DNA of 61,692 bases, filler included, from Thermodesulfobacteriota bacterium (GTDB lineage: Bacteria; DASVDK01): the NCBI GenBank assembly GCA_036381125.1. It is 4 parts of 4 records of this genome, joined end to end, with 100 filler letters (N's around TTAATTAATTAA, not from the genome) between each part and the next. Parts side by side here need not be neighbours in the genome. Positions count along the whole stretch, not along the records: positions 1 to 16,119 come from DASVDK010000300.1; positions 16,220 to 39,248 come from DASVDK010000302.1; 2 more parts are not named here. One strand, written 5' to 3'. Positions 10,568-21,235 of the stretch are shown piece by piece. A program made the translations under genes and the position numbers. The notes beneath the pieces were generated by a model. The model ran no database searches, was not told the DNA's origin, and saw only the letters and a program-made list of their open reading frames with translations. Each line of letters begins with the position of its first letter. Within the stretch, counting starts at the first letter, position 1.

Positions 10568-10965
10568 TCAACCCTGTCTCGGTGCGGCGTACACCCCGCG
10601 GGCCACCGCGACCAGCTCGCCGCCGGCGTCCCGGATCTCGACGTCGGCGACCCCGACGGTCCGACCGGTCCGCACGGCGCGGCCCACCGCGACGAGGTCG
10701 CCGCGGCGCGCGGGCCGCAGGTAGTCGATCCGGAGGTCGATCGTCGGTACGCCGGCGCCGTAGCGCGTCGCCACCGCGTAGTCGCCCGTGATGTCGGCGA
10801 GCGCCGCCACCACGCCGCCGTGGAGCCAGTCGGAGCCGTCGTACCGCACGAACTCCTCGCGGAAGGGGAGCCGGAACTCCACCTCGCCGTCGCCCTGGCG
10901 CACCACGCTCACCCGGAGGAACCGGGCGTACGGCGACCCCGCCAGCTCGGCCGGATCGAAGCCGC

Positions 10966-10969
<4 letters not shown>
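10568..10969 (-). CDS. PaaI family (hot-dog fold) thioesterase
   Basis: HGGVVAALAD and TIDLRIDYLRPA. Confidence 0.9.
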
Positions 10970-12525
<1,556 letters not shown>

Positions 12526-12550
12526 GTCGCCCCCCGCCCCTCTCCTGGCC

Positions 12551-13612
12551 TCAGGCCGGCCGGATGACGACCTTGCCGAAGACCTGGCGCCGTTCGAGCG
12601 CGCGCTCGCCCTCGGCCGTCTGCTCGAGCGGCAGCACGCGGTCGATCACCGGCCGCAGCCTGCCGGCGAACGCGAGCCCGGTGACCCGCCTCAGCTCGTT
12701 GTGCGTCCAGCCGTTGCTGCCGAGCACGTGCTGCTCGCGACGGAAGAGGTAGCGGATGTCCGTGGCGCCGATGGGGCCCGACGTGGCGCCGCTGGTGACC
12801 AGGCGCCCCCCCTTGCCCAGCGCCCGGATGCTCCGCTCCCAGGTCGACTGCCCGACGGTCTCCACGATGACGTCGGCGCCGCGCTTGCCGGTGAGCCGGC
12901 GAACGGTGGTGTCCCACTCCGCGTCGGTCACGTAGTTGATCAGGTCGTCGGCGCCGAGGGCGCGAGCCCGCTCGAGCTTCTCGTCGGTGGAGGCGGTGGC
13001 GATCACCCGCGCCCCGAGCAGCTTGGCGATCTGGATGGCCGCGATGGCGACGCCGCCGCCCGCCCCGAGGACGACGACCGTGTCGCCCGGACGGGTGCCG
13101 GCGCGGGTCACGACCATGCGCCAGGCGGTGCCGAAGGTGATCGGCAGGCAGGCCGCCTCGTCGAAGCCGTACCCCTGCGGGATCGCGATGGCCTGCGAGG
13201 CCGGGACCTTCACGTACTCGGCCAGGCCGCCGGGATCGAGCTCGCCCAGCATGTGGTTGCGCAGGCACCGGGAGGTCTCGCCGTCGCGGCAGTACTCGCA
13301 GACGCCGCAGCCCCAGTTGGGGTCGAGGACCACGCGGTCGCCCACGGCCGGCGTCGCAACCCCCGGCCCGACGGCCGCCACGACCCCGGCCACGTCGCCG
13401 CCGGTGATGTGCGGCAGCGGCGTCGGCTCGCCCGGCATCCCCTCGCGGGTGAAGATGTCGAGGAAGTTGAGCGCGCAGGCCTTGACCTGGACGAGGATCT
13501 CTCCGGGGCCCGGCTCGGGGACCGGCCAGCTCGTCTCGAGGACGAGCACCTCGGGTCCGCCGTGCCGATGCATCACGATCGCGCGCATCGTCTTCGGAAG
13601 CTGTCGGCTCAC
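12551..13612 (-). CDS. Zinc-binding MDR oxidoreductase (quinone reductase/ADH-like)
   Basis: ALNFLD, structural Zn CGVCEYC..C, GAGGGV and FGKVV; alternative ATG at 13588. Confidence 0.88.
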   Translation of the reverse strand: MSRQLPKTMRAIVMHRHGGPEVLVLETSWPVPEPGPGEILVQVKACALNFLDIFTREGMPGEPTPLPHITGGDVAGVVAAVGPGVATPAVGDRVVLDPNWGCGVCEYCRDGETSRCLRNHMLGELDPGGLAEYVKVPASQAIAIPQGYGFDEAACLPITFGTAWRMVVTRAGTRPGDTVVVLGAGGGVAIAAIQIAKLLGARVIATASTDEKLERARALGADDLINYVTDAEWDTTVRRLTGKRGADVIVETVGQSTWERSIRALGKGGRLVTSGATSGPIGATDIRYLFRREQHVLGSNGWTHNELRRVTGLAFAGRLRPVIDRVLPLEQTAEGERALERRQVFGKVVIRPA

Positions 13613-13886
13613 CTCACCCCCTCCGCCAACGGCTCGCGGCCGCCTTCCGCGCCGGCCTGCAACGGCTCGGCGTGGAGGACGAGGGCGCACGCCCGGTCCT
13701 TCGTGCTGGCCACGGCGAGCCCGCATGTGCCGCTGATGCCATGTCCGGGTCCCTCCTCGAAAACGGCCGCACCCCGCGGGCCGTTCGGGCCGGCGGGGCG
13801 CGTGGAGGAGAGAAGCGGGAGTGTCGAGGCGCGCCGCGGGCCGTCGGGCCGATGGGGTGCGGCTCTGCTGGCCTCGCGTGTCGCCG

Positions 13887-14012
13887 CTACCGCGGCGTGG
13901 CGCTCCGGGTGACCGGGGCGCGCGAGGCCGAGGCCGCCAGGGGCGTGCGCATGCACGCAGCCCCGGAGGGGCGACAACAACAGGCGCAGGTGACGGCGCG
14001 CAGGTCGAGCAT
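13887..14012 (-). CDS. Putative leaderless poly-cysteine leader peptide (41 aa; MLDLRAVTCACCCRPSGAACM...)
   Basis: ATG lies 8 nt after a -10 box. Codons TGC GCC TGT TGT TGT; TAG at 13887-13889. Too short for the ORF track. Confidence 0.7.
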   Translation of the reverse strand: MLDLRAVTCACCCRPSGAACMRTPLAASASRAPVTRSATPR

Positions 14013-14020
14013 ACGCACGC

Positions 14021-14049
14021 AGCCTAGACACGGCATGGCGAAAGGTCAA
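14021..14049 (-). promoter_or_regulatory. Sigma70-type promoter TTGACC-N17-TAGGCT
   Basis: Near-consensus boxes with 17-nt spacing, directly upstream of the uORF ATG. Confidence 0.72.
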
Positions 14050-14076
14050 GTCCCCGGACGAGGTCGGTCGGAGCGG

Positions 14077-15090
14077 CTACTCGCTCGCGAAGTGGCAGGC
14101 GACGGCGCGGCCGCGGCCCACGCGGCGCAGGGGAGGCTCGTTCGCCGGGTCGGTGCAGGCAGCGGGGCGGCCGAGCGCCGCGTAGACCGGGCAGCGCGGG
14201 GCGAAGCGGCAGCCGGCGTCGGGGACGGCGCTCTCGAGAGGTCCGAGGTCGCCCCCGCCGGCCTCGTCGCGCGCGGCGTCGAGCGACGCCCAGAGGAGCC
14301 GGGTGTACGGGTGGAGGGCGCCGCGGGCGAGGTCCCCCGCCTCCGCCTCTTCCACGATGCGGCCGCAGTACATCACCGCCACGCGATCGGCCAGGAGCTC
14401 CACCAGGCGCAGGTCGTGCGAGATGACGAGCAGCCCGACCCGCGTCTCCTCGGCGAGGTCGCGCAGGAGGTTCACGATCTGCGCCTGGACCGACGCGTCC
14501 AGGCCGGACGTCGGCTCGTCGGCCACGAGCAGCGCCGGCCCCACGGCCAGCGCCCGCGCGAGCCCGATGCGCCGCTTCTCGCCGCCCGACAGCTCGTCGG
14601 GATGGCAGGCGAGCTTGGCCGACGGCAGCCCCACGCGGTCGAGCAGCCGGGCCGCCTCGGCGCGCGCCGCGGCCCGCCCGCGCCGCTCGTGCGCGGTCAG
14701 CGCCTCGACGAGCGTCGCCTCGACGGTCATCATCGGGTCGAGGCCGGCGTCGAGGTCCTGGAAGACCATCTGCATCCGCCGCCGCATCCGCCTGAGCGCC
14801 TCGCCTCGCAGCGCGAGGAGGTCGATCCCCTCGAGGGTGATCCGCCCGGCGGAGGGCTCCAGGAGCCGGAGCGTCGCCTTGCCCGTGGTCGTCTTGCCGC
14901 AGCCCGACTCGCCGACGAGGCCGAGCGTCTCCCCCCGGTCGAGGCGGAAGGAGACCCCGTCCACGGCCGGCACCTCGCGCCCCCGCGCGCCGACGGCCCG
15001 GGCGAGCCGCGAGCCGCCGCTCGCGAAGCGCTTGACGAGGCCGGTGACCTCGAGGAGAGGGGGCGCGTCGATTGCGGTCTCGATCGTCAC
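14077..15090 (-). CDS. Oligopeptide/dipeptide ABC ATPase (OppF/DppF-like)
   Basis: GESGCGKTT, LSGGEKRR, ADEPTSGLD, HPYT and GCRF..RC..C..VACH. Confidence 0.9.
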   Translation of the reverse strand: MTIETAIDAPPLLEVTGLVKRFASGGSRLARAVGARGREVPAVDGVSFRLDRGETLGLVGESGCGKTTTGKATLRLLEPSAGRITLEGIDLLALRGEALRRMRRRMQMVFQDLDAGLDPMMTVEATLVEALTAHERRGRAAARAEAARLLDRVGLPSAKLACHPDELSGGEKRRIGLARALAVGPALLVADEPTSGLDASVQAQIVNLLRDLAEETRVGLLVISHDLRLVELLADRVAVMYCGRIVEEAEAGDLARGALHPYTRLLWASLDAARDEAGGGDLGPLESAVPDAGCRFAPRCPVYAALGRPAACTDPANEPPLRRVGRGRAVACHFASE

Positions 15091-16119
15091 GTCTCGCTCC
15101 ACAGGTGACAGCGCACCCGGTGCCCCGGCGCGACCGTGACGAGCGGCGGGGCCTCCCCCTCGCACCGCGCCCGGACGTCCGGGGTCGCGGCGGCCGCGGC
15201 CGGGCACCGGGGGAAGAAGCGGCAGCCGCGCGGCCGCGCGGTCGCGTCCGGCACCTCGCCCGCAATGGCCCGCATGCGGGACCGCGCCGCGATCTCGGCG
15301 TCGGTCGGACGCGCCGCCAGGAGCGCCTCCGTGTACGGGTGCCTCGGCAGGCCCGCCCCCCAGGCGGTGAGGAGCACGTCGGCCGGGCCGCTCTCGACGA
15401 CCTGGCCGGCGTACATGACCACCACCCGGTCGGCGAGGCGCCGGACGACGCCGATGTCGTGGCTGATGACGAGCGAGCCCCGCTGCCGTCCCGCCTCCTC
15501 GCACGACAGCGCTCCCAGCAGGTCGACGATGCGCGCCTGCGTCGTCGCGTCGAGACCGGTCGTCGGCTCGTCGGCCAGGAGGAGGCGCGGCTCGGCCGCC
15601 AGCGCCATGGCGATCATCGCCCGCTGGCACATGCCGCCCGAGAGCTGCGCCGGGTAGTCTCGGGCCCTGCGGCGCGGCGCGTCGAGGCGGACCCGCGCGA
15701 GCCACTCGATCGCCCGCCGCTCGGCCTCGCGCCGGCCGGTCTCCGGCGCGTGCAGCCGGATCACCTCGGCGACCTGCGCGCCGATCGTCATGTGGGGATG
15801 CAGCGCCGCCCGGGCGTTCTGGAAGACCATGGCGAGGACGCGGCCGCGCAGGCCCCGGTAGGTCCGCTCGCGCCGCCGGCGCCAGCCGTCGACGTCGGCG
15901 TCCACCGCGGCGACCGGCCCGTCGGCCCCCTCGCGCCGGGTCACCCGCACGTGCTCGGAGAGGCCGTCGAGGAGGTCGATCGGACCCGCGTCGGCGCCGG
16001 GCCCCCCGGCCGCGCCGTGGACCCGGATCCGCCCCTCGATCACCCCGGGCGCCTCGTCGACGAGCCCCATGATCGAGAGCGCCGTGACGCTCTTGCCCGA
16101 GCCAGACTCGCCGACGACG
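15087..16119 (-). CDS. Oligopeptide/dipeptide ABC ATPase (OppD/DppD-like), 5'-truncated by the contig end
   Basis: VVGESGSGKSVT at the contig edge; YPAQLSGGMCQR, ADEPTTGLD, HPYT and GCRFFPRC. Confidence 0.9.
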
Positions 16120-16219
16120 NNNNNNNNNNNNNNNNNNNNNNNNNNNNNNNNNNNNNNNNNNNNTTAATTAATTAANNNNNNNNNNNNNNNNNNNNNNNNN
16201 NNNNNNNNNNNNNNNNNNN
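16120..16219. other. Artificial contig linker
   Basis: N-run + TTAATTAATTAA (stops in all six frames) + N-run. Confidence 0.97.
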
Positions 16220-18037
16220 GGCGGCGCAGAGCGCGGCGCCGATGGCGCCGGCCTCGCCCGAGTAGGGGTGCACGACGATCTCGGCGTCGGGCACCTTGCT
16301 CGTGATGAAGTCGACCTGGGCCTTCACCACGGCGAGGTTCCGGTGGGTCCCCCCCTGCAGGACGAACTTCCGGCCGGCGGCGCGCAGGTTCTGGAGCTGG
16401 CCCGCGTAGACCCACACGTTGAGGGGGAGGACGGCCGCGAGCGACGCCATGATCTCGTCGGCCGACCAGCCCTTCCGCTGCTGGTTCACGATGTCGGACT
16501 GGAGGAAGACGCCGCAGCCCATCGTGAGGGTCGGCATGGCGCGCGCCCGGAAGGCCCGGTCGGCGTACCGGTCGAGGGGGACGCTGTAGCGCTCGGCGAC
16601 CCCCTGCAGGAAGGCGCCGTTGCCCGAGGAGCACTGGGAGTTCAGGCGGAAGTCGGCGACGGTCCCCTGCCTGAGGATCATGATCTTCACGTCGCAGCCG
16701 CCGACGTCGCAGATCACGTCGGCGTCGGGGAAGAAGTGGAGCGCCGCGGTCGCGTGGGCGACGGTCTCGACGATCGCCAGGTCCGCCCCGAGGATGTCGG
16801 TGAGGAGGTCCTTGCCGTACCCCGTGAGGGCGAGACCGCCGATGTCGTGGAAGCCGGCCTCGCGGATCTGCCGGAAGAGCGCCTTGGCGTCCTCGATCGG
16901 GTTGCCCTTCGACGGCGCGTAGCAGCTCGACAGCAGCTCCCGGTCGGGCGAGAGGACCACCGCCTTCGCCGTCGTGCTGCCGAAGTCGCAGCCGACGAGC
17001 ACGCCGGTCCGCCGCCCGGCGGCGGGCGCGGCGCGCGGCGCCGGGATCGCCCGCGCGAGGCTCCCGTACCGTCCGAGGAACCGTGTCAGCTCGTCCTCGT
17101 CCGTGGCGAGCCCCCTCGCGCCGTCCTTCGCCTTCTGCGCGTGCTGCCCCTCCTCGATCCACCACCGGAGCCGTTCGGTCCCCTGGTAGACCCCGACGCC
17201 GTCCGCCTCCTGCCGGCCGATCTCGACGCACCCGAGGCAGGCGTAGTAGAGGGCGTCGGGCGGCACGTGGACGAGCGACGCGGGATCCACCCCGTCTGGC
17301 AGGGGGACGCGGCGCTGCGCCCAGAGCGCCGCGAGGTGGTGCCGCCAGGCCTCCTGGAGCCCGGCGAAGAAGAGGTTCGGCCCGCCGAGGAGCAGCACCT
17401 CCGGCATGGGGGTGTTGCCCTTGGTCAGGGTCGCGAGGTTCTGGTAGACCACGGCCTCGAACAGGCTCGCGATGATCTCCTCGACCGGCACGCCTCCCTT
17501 GACGAGCGTGTTCGCGTCGGCCTCGGCGAAGATGCCGCACTTCGAGCTGATCTTGTGGAGGGAGAGGCCCGCGTAGCCCATCCGCGCGAGCCGCTCGGGC
17601 GCGATCTGCAGCTTGCGGGCGGTCTTCTCGATGAAGGTCCCGGTCCCGCCGCTGCAGGCCGACTGCATGTAGACCTGCTTCGACTTCCCGGCGCCGGTGG
17701 CGGTGAAGAAGACGGTCTTCATGTCCTCCCCGCCGATCTCCGAGACGAACCGCACGCCGGGGTGCAGGCGCTCGACCGAGGCCGCGACGGCGACGACCTC
17801 CTGCACGAACTTCCCCCCGACGAGCGGCGCGATGAACCCGGCGCCGGAGCCGGTGAAGAAGACGCGGTCGCGCCCGGGCGCGAGCGCGCAGTCGGCCTCC
17901 ATCCGGCCGAGGAAGTCGAGGACCGTCTCGGCCTGCCGGGTGTCGTGCCGCCGGTAGTCCTGCCAGAGGACGCGGCCGTCCTCGACGACCGCCGCCTTGA
18001 CCGTCGTCGAGCCGACGTCGACGCCGACGATCTTCAT
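16220..18037 (-). CDS. Acyl-CoA dehydratase activase (BadF/BadG/BcrA/BcrD ATPase, tandem domains), 3'-truncated
   Basis: GVDVGSTTVK, EIGGEDMK, CSGGTG, a second DFGSTTAK, DVGGCDVK and CSSGNG. Confidence 0.88.
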
Positions 18038-19554
18038 CGGCCCGCCCCCCGGCTCGCGAGGTGGAGCACCAGGTTCGCGGCCGTCCCGGCGACGCCGTCG
18101 CGCGGCACGCGGTAGGTCGCCCGGCGCATCTCGGGGTGCGCGGCAAGGTAGGCCCGCGCCGCCTCCGGCGTGAGGCCCGTCCGGGCGAGCGTCTCCTCGT
18201 ACTCGCGCTGCGCCCGCTTCCTGGCCTCGGCGAGCACCATCTGGCAGCGCGAGAGGACGTGCACCTCGGCATCGCCCTTGATCTCGAGCGGCGCGTAGAG
18301 CAGGTCCGGGTGCTTGCCGAGGACGCCGGCCATCGCGCCCACGCTCATGGTGTTGGGCATGCAGGCGTAGGGCGACAGCTCGCACGTCATGTGGGCCTTC
18401 TTGTGGTGGTAGGCCCAGAGCGCCTTGCCGACGAGCATGTCGCCTTCGCCGCCGGAGAGCCGGCTGTGGAAGTACGGCGCGGCGAGCCGTTGCAGCTCGT
18501 ACTGGTCCGGCAGCTCGTGCGGCAGCCCGCCCAGCGCGCGGCGCAGCCGGTCGTACGCGCCGCGCAGCAGCCGCTGCAGCGCCCGCCCGGCCGCGGCCTT
18601 GAGGCGCGCGTACCGGTCGATGCCGATCCGGTCCTCGAAACGCTGCACGCGCGCGCGGATGATGTAGTCGAGCCAGACCGCGATCGCCGCCGGGTGGACC
18701 TCGGCCCCCTCGGCCTCGAGCCAGCGGTGGATGTTGTGGTTGGGCTCCCCCTCGACGGTCTGCAGGTAGAACTCGCCGGTGATCTTGACGGCCGGCTTCA
18801 CCCGGAGCCGGTCCACCTCGATGGCGTCGAAGCGCCGGCGGACCTCGCGCAGCGCCGACACGAAGTAGTCGGTGGTGAGGTGCCACGCGACCGCGCCCCA
18901 CTTCTTGCCGCGGTGCGGCCGCTTGCGGAAGACCTCGCAGAGGAGGTCGACGCTCTCGGCGACCGCCCGGTCGGTCCGGCCTGCCTCGACCTCGTAGGGG
19001 CGCGTCTGGTACTCCAGGTCCTGGAGCACGTCGGTGCAGAGGATCGCCCAGAGGGCGCCCATGGTGAAGGGCATGTTGATGTCGAGGCCGCCCCCGGTGG
19101 CCTCGGCGCCCTGGTCGAGGTCGTCCTGGGCCATCAGGAAGAGCCGGAACGCCTCGAGGCCGGTGTTGCGCAGCGCCAGCTCGTAGCTCTGGTGGTATTG
19201 ACCGAAGCGGCAGGCGCCGCAGGCGCCGGCGGTCAGGTAGACGTAGTCCCGGACCACCGAGTCGCTCCCGATGCGTGCGGCCTCCGCCCGGAGGAAGTTC
19301 ACGAGGTTTCCGGTCGTGAAGCTCGTCGGGCAGCACTGTCCGATGTCGGCCGCCTCACGTCCCGTGAGGAGGTCGTCCTTGTTCGCCGCGGGCAGGGCCC
19401 GCGCCCGGTACCCCAGGTTCTCGAAGACCGCTTCGAGCACCCGTTCGGCTCGCCAGTGTAGACCGCCGAAGAGCACGATCACGCGGTCTCGCTCGTCTCT
19501 CGTGAACGGACGCGGGCGGTACGCGCGATACGGCGGAGCGCTCGCAACTGCCAT
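18034..19554 (-). CDS. 2-hydroxyacyl-CoA dehydratase-associated / activator-family subunit
   Basis: GQCCPTSFTTG, GACGACRFGQY, KITGEFY, GGEG and PYACMPN; ATGA-coupled to the activase. Confidence 0.78.
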   Translation of the reverse strand: MAVASAPPYRAYRPRPFTRDERDRVIVLFGGLHWRAERVLEAVFENLGYRARALPAANKDDLLTGREAADIGQCCPTSFTTGNLVNFLRAEAARIGSDSVVRDYVYLTAGACGACRFGQYHQSYELALRNTGLEAFRLFLMAQDDLDQGAEATGGGLDINMPFTMGALWAILCTDVLQDLEYQTRPYEVEAGRTDRAVAESVDLLCEVFRKRPHRGKKWGAVAWHLTTDYFVSALREVRRRFDAIEVDRLRVKPAVKITGEFYLQTVEGEPNHNIHRWLEAEGAEVHPAAIAVWLDYIIRARVQRFEDRIGIDRYARLKAAAGRALQRLLRGAYDRLRRALGGLPHELPDQYELQRLAAPYFHSRLSGGEGDMLVGKALWAYHHKKAHMTCELSPYACMPNTMSVGAMAGVLGKHPDLLYAPLEIKGDAEVHVLSRCQMVLAEARKRAQREYEETLARTGLTPEAARAYLAAHPEMRRATYRVPRDGVAGTAANLVLHLASRGAGR

Positions 19555-19880
19555 CTTTCTCTCCCAAGCGTGCCCTGCGCGCCGAGGACCGTACGGCCGC
19601 CGGCGCAGCAGGGCGCCACGTCTTCTGAGCGTCCCTGTTGCGGTGCGTCAGGCTGCCGGTTCCCGAAGATGCGGTCGACCGTGCGAGAGACGAGCCGGTC
19701 CCCGGTGATCGGCCAGGCCGGCGCGGCCGATGCTGATCGGGCGTCTGCTCGAGGGGCGAGTCCAGCCCGAGGGCGACCCGGTGGCCCGGCGGACCTCGCG
19801 GCGGAGGGCGGGGCGGCCGGCAAGCCGGGGCTCCCGACCGCGCCGGCGTCGTGGCCCGGGTCTTGGATCGCGGGGACGGG

Positions 19881-20735
19881 ATGGCGATCGAGGAGCGGAT
19901 CCTCGAGGTGGGCGGCGCGCCGGCCCGGCTCCTCGCGGCGGGGCCTCGGGCCGGCGGCCGTGCGCCCCTCCTCCTCGTGCACGGGCTCCAGGGCCTGGCC
20001 GACCTCTGGATGCCGAACCTGGAGGCGCTCGCCGCACCCGGCCGGCGCGTCGTGGCGCCGGACCTGCCGGTCCACGGGGGGACGGCCGCCCCGCGGCGCC
20101 CGGCCGATCTCTCCGTCGGCGGCTTCGCCCGGTTCCTGGCCGAGGCGCTCGACCGCCTCGCGCTGGCCCGCGTCGACGTCGTCGGGCATTCCCTCGGCGG
20201 GCTCCTCGCCGCGCGGCTCGCGCTCGACCAGCCCGCGCGCGTGCGACGGCTCGTGCTCGTCTCGTCGGCCGGCCTCGGCCGGCAGGTGCCGCTCGGCACG
20301 GCCCTCGCGTTCATGGGGACGGCCGTGCGCTGGGTCGTCGTCGGCCCCGGTCGCACGCCCCCCGGCCGCGTGCTCCGGCGGATCTGCTACGACCCCACGT
20401 CGATCGACGTGCGCCTCGTCGCGCGCCTCCAGGGGCGATGGGAGGATCCGCTGCGCCGGCGGGCCCTGGTCCGGTTCGCGGCGCGCCTCGTCCTGCGCGA
20501 GGCGGACGTGACGCGCGACCTGCACCGGATCGAGGCGCCGGCCCTGCTGGTGTGGGGCCGGCACGATCGCCTGATCCCGTTCGCGCTCGGGGAGCGCGCG
20601 GCGGCGCGGCTGCCGCACGCCAGGCTCGTGGTGCTCGAGGCGTGCGGCCACCTGCCGAACCTCGAGTGCCCCGACCTGTTCAACGAGATCGTGGGCCGCT
20701 TCCTCGACGAGGCCGACGCGGCGTCGAGCGGATAG
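19881..20735 (+). CDS. Alpha/beta fold hydrolase
   Basis: LLVHG, PDLPVHG, GHSLGG nucleophile, WGRHD and CGHLP. Confidence 0.88.
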   Translation: MAIEERILEVGGAPARLLAAGPRAGGRAPLLLVHGLQGLADLWMPNLEALAAPGRRVVAPDLPVHGGTAAPRRPADLSVGGFARFLAEALDRLALARVDVVGHSLGGLLAARLALDQPARVRRLVLVSSAGLGRQVPLGTALAFMGTAVRWVVVGPGRTPPGRVLRRICYDPTSIDVRLVARLQGRWEDPLRRRALVRFAARLVLREADVTRDLHRIEAPALLVWGRHDRLIPFALGERAAARLPHARLVVLEACGHLPNLECPDLFNEIVGRFLDEADAASSG

Positions 20736-20859
20736 CCCTGGCCTCTCGCGCTCCTCGGCGTCCGTGCGCGACCGAACGGCGGCTCCACGGCAGCAGCGGC
20801 TGTGCCCGGTGGCGGTCAGGCCTCTTGCCGGGCTCTGCCTGGCGAGCGACTGCCGGGTG

Positions 20860-21165
20860 CACGAAATGGCCGCCCGTATCGGTCGGCGCGCCACGCCTCG
20901 CGGCGGCCGATCCGATCCTCGCCGCTCGCGCGGCGCCGATCGACGATGCCGCGGACGCGCAGGTTGCCGGGAGTCGGCACGCACATCGGCGGCGCCGGGC
21001 GCCGGCGTCGCCCGTGGCGAGGAGGCCGTTGCCGAGCCGGTGACGCATGAGGCGGTAGCCCGGACTCTCGACGAGGTTGCGGCCCCCCGTCGACAGGACG
21101 TGTTCGGCGTGGTCGGGATGGCAGAGCAGGACGGCGCAGCGCTCGAGGACGCCGAGGGGATCGCA
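20860..21165 (-). pseudogene. Decayed cytochrome P450 N-terminal fragment (boundaries approximate)
   Basis: DPLGVLERC..LLCHPDHAEHVL...RNLVESPGYRLMRHRLGNGLLAT resembles the P450 DPL.FL / HPD.I..VL / LGNGLL.SEG segment. No start, ExxR or heme Cys motif. Confidence 0.6.
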
Positions 21166-21235
21166 GCGGCCTTCACCCGAGGGCGGTCCGGCACTTGCTC
21201 GCGGCGGCAGCCCGGATCGGGAGAGGGAGCGAGCG

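Noticed and set aside
12551-13612. Missing catalytic Cys (ALNFLD) in this MDR
   Set aside because: Asn at this position is normal for the quinone-reductase-like MDR subgroup.
16164-16175. TTAATTAATTAA palindrome repeated three times in the window (also 39293-39304 and 53508-53519)
   Set aside because: It is an artificial six-frame-stop linker embedded in N-runs, not biological.
19555-19880. Intergenic region between the dehydratase gene and the hydrolase as a possible ncRNA or riboswitch
   Set aside because: No recognisable aptamer, promoter consensus or convincing small ORF.
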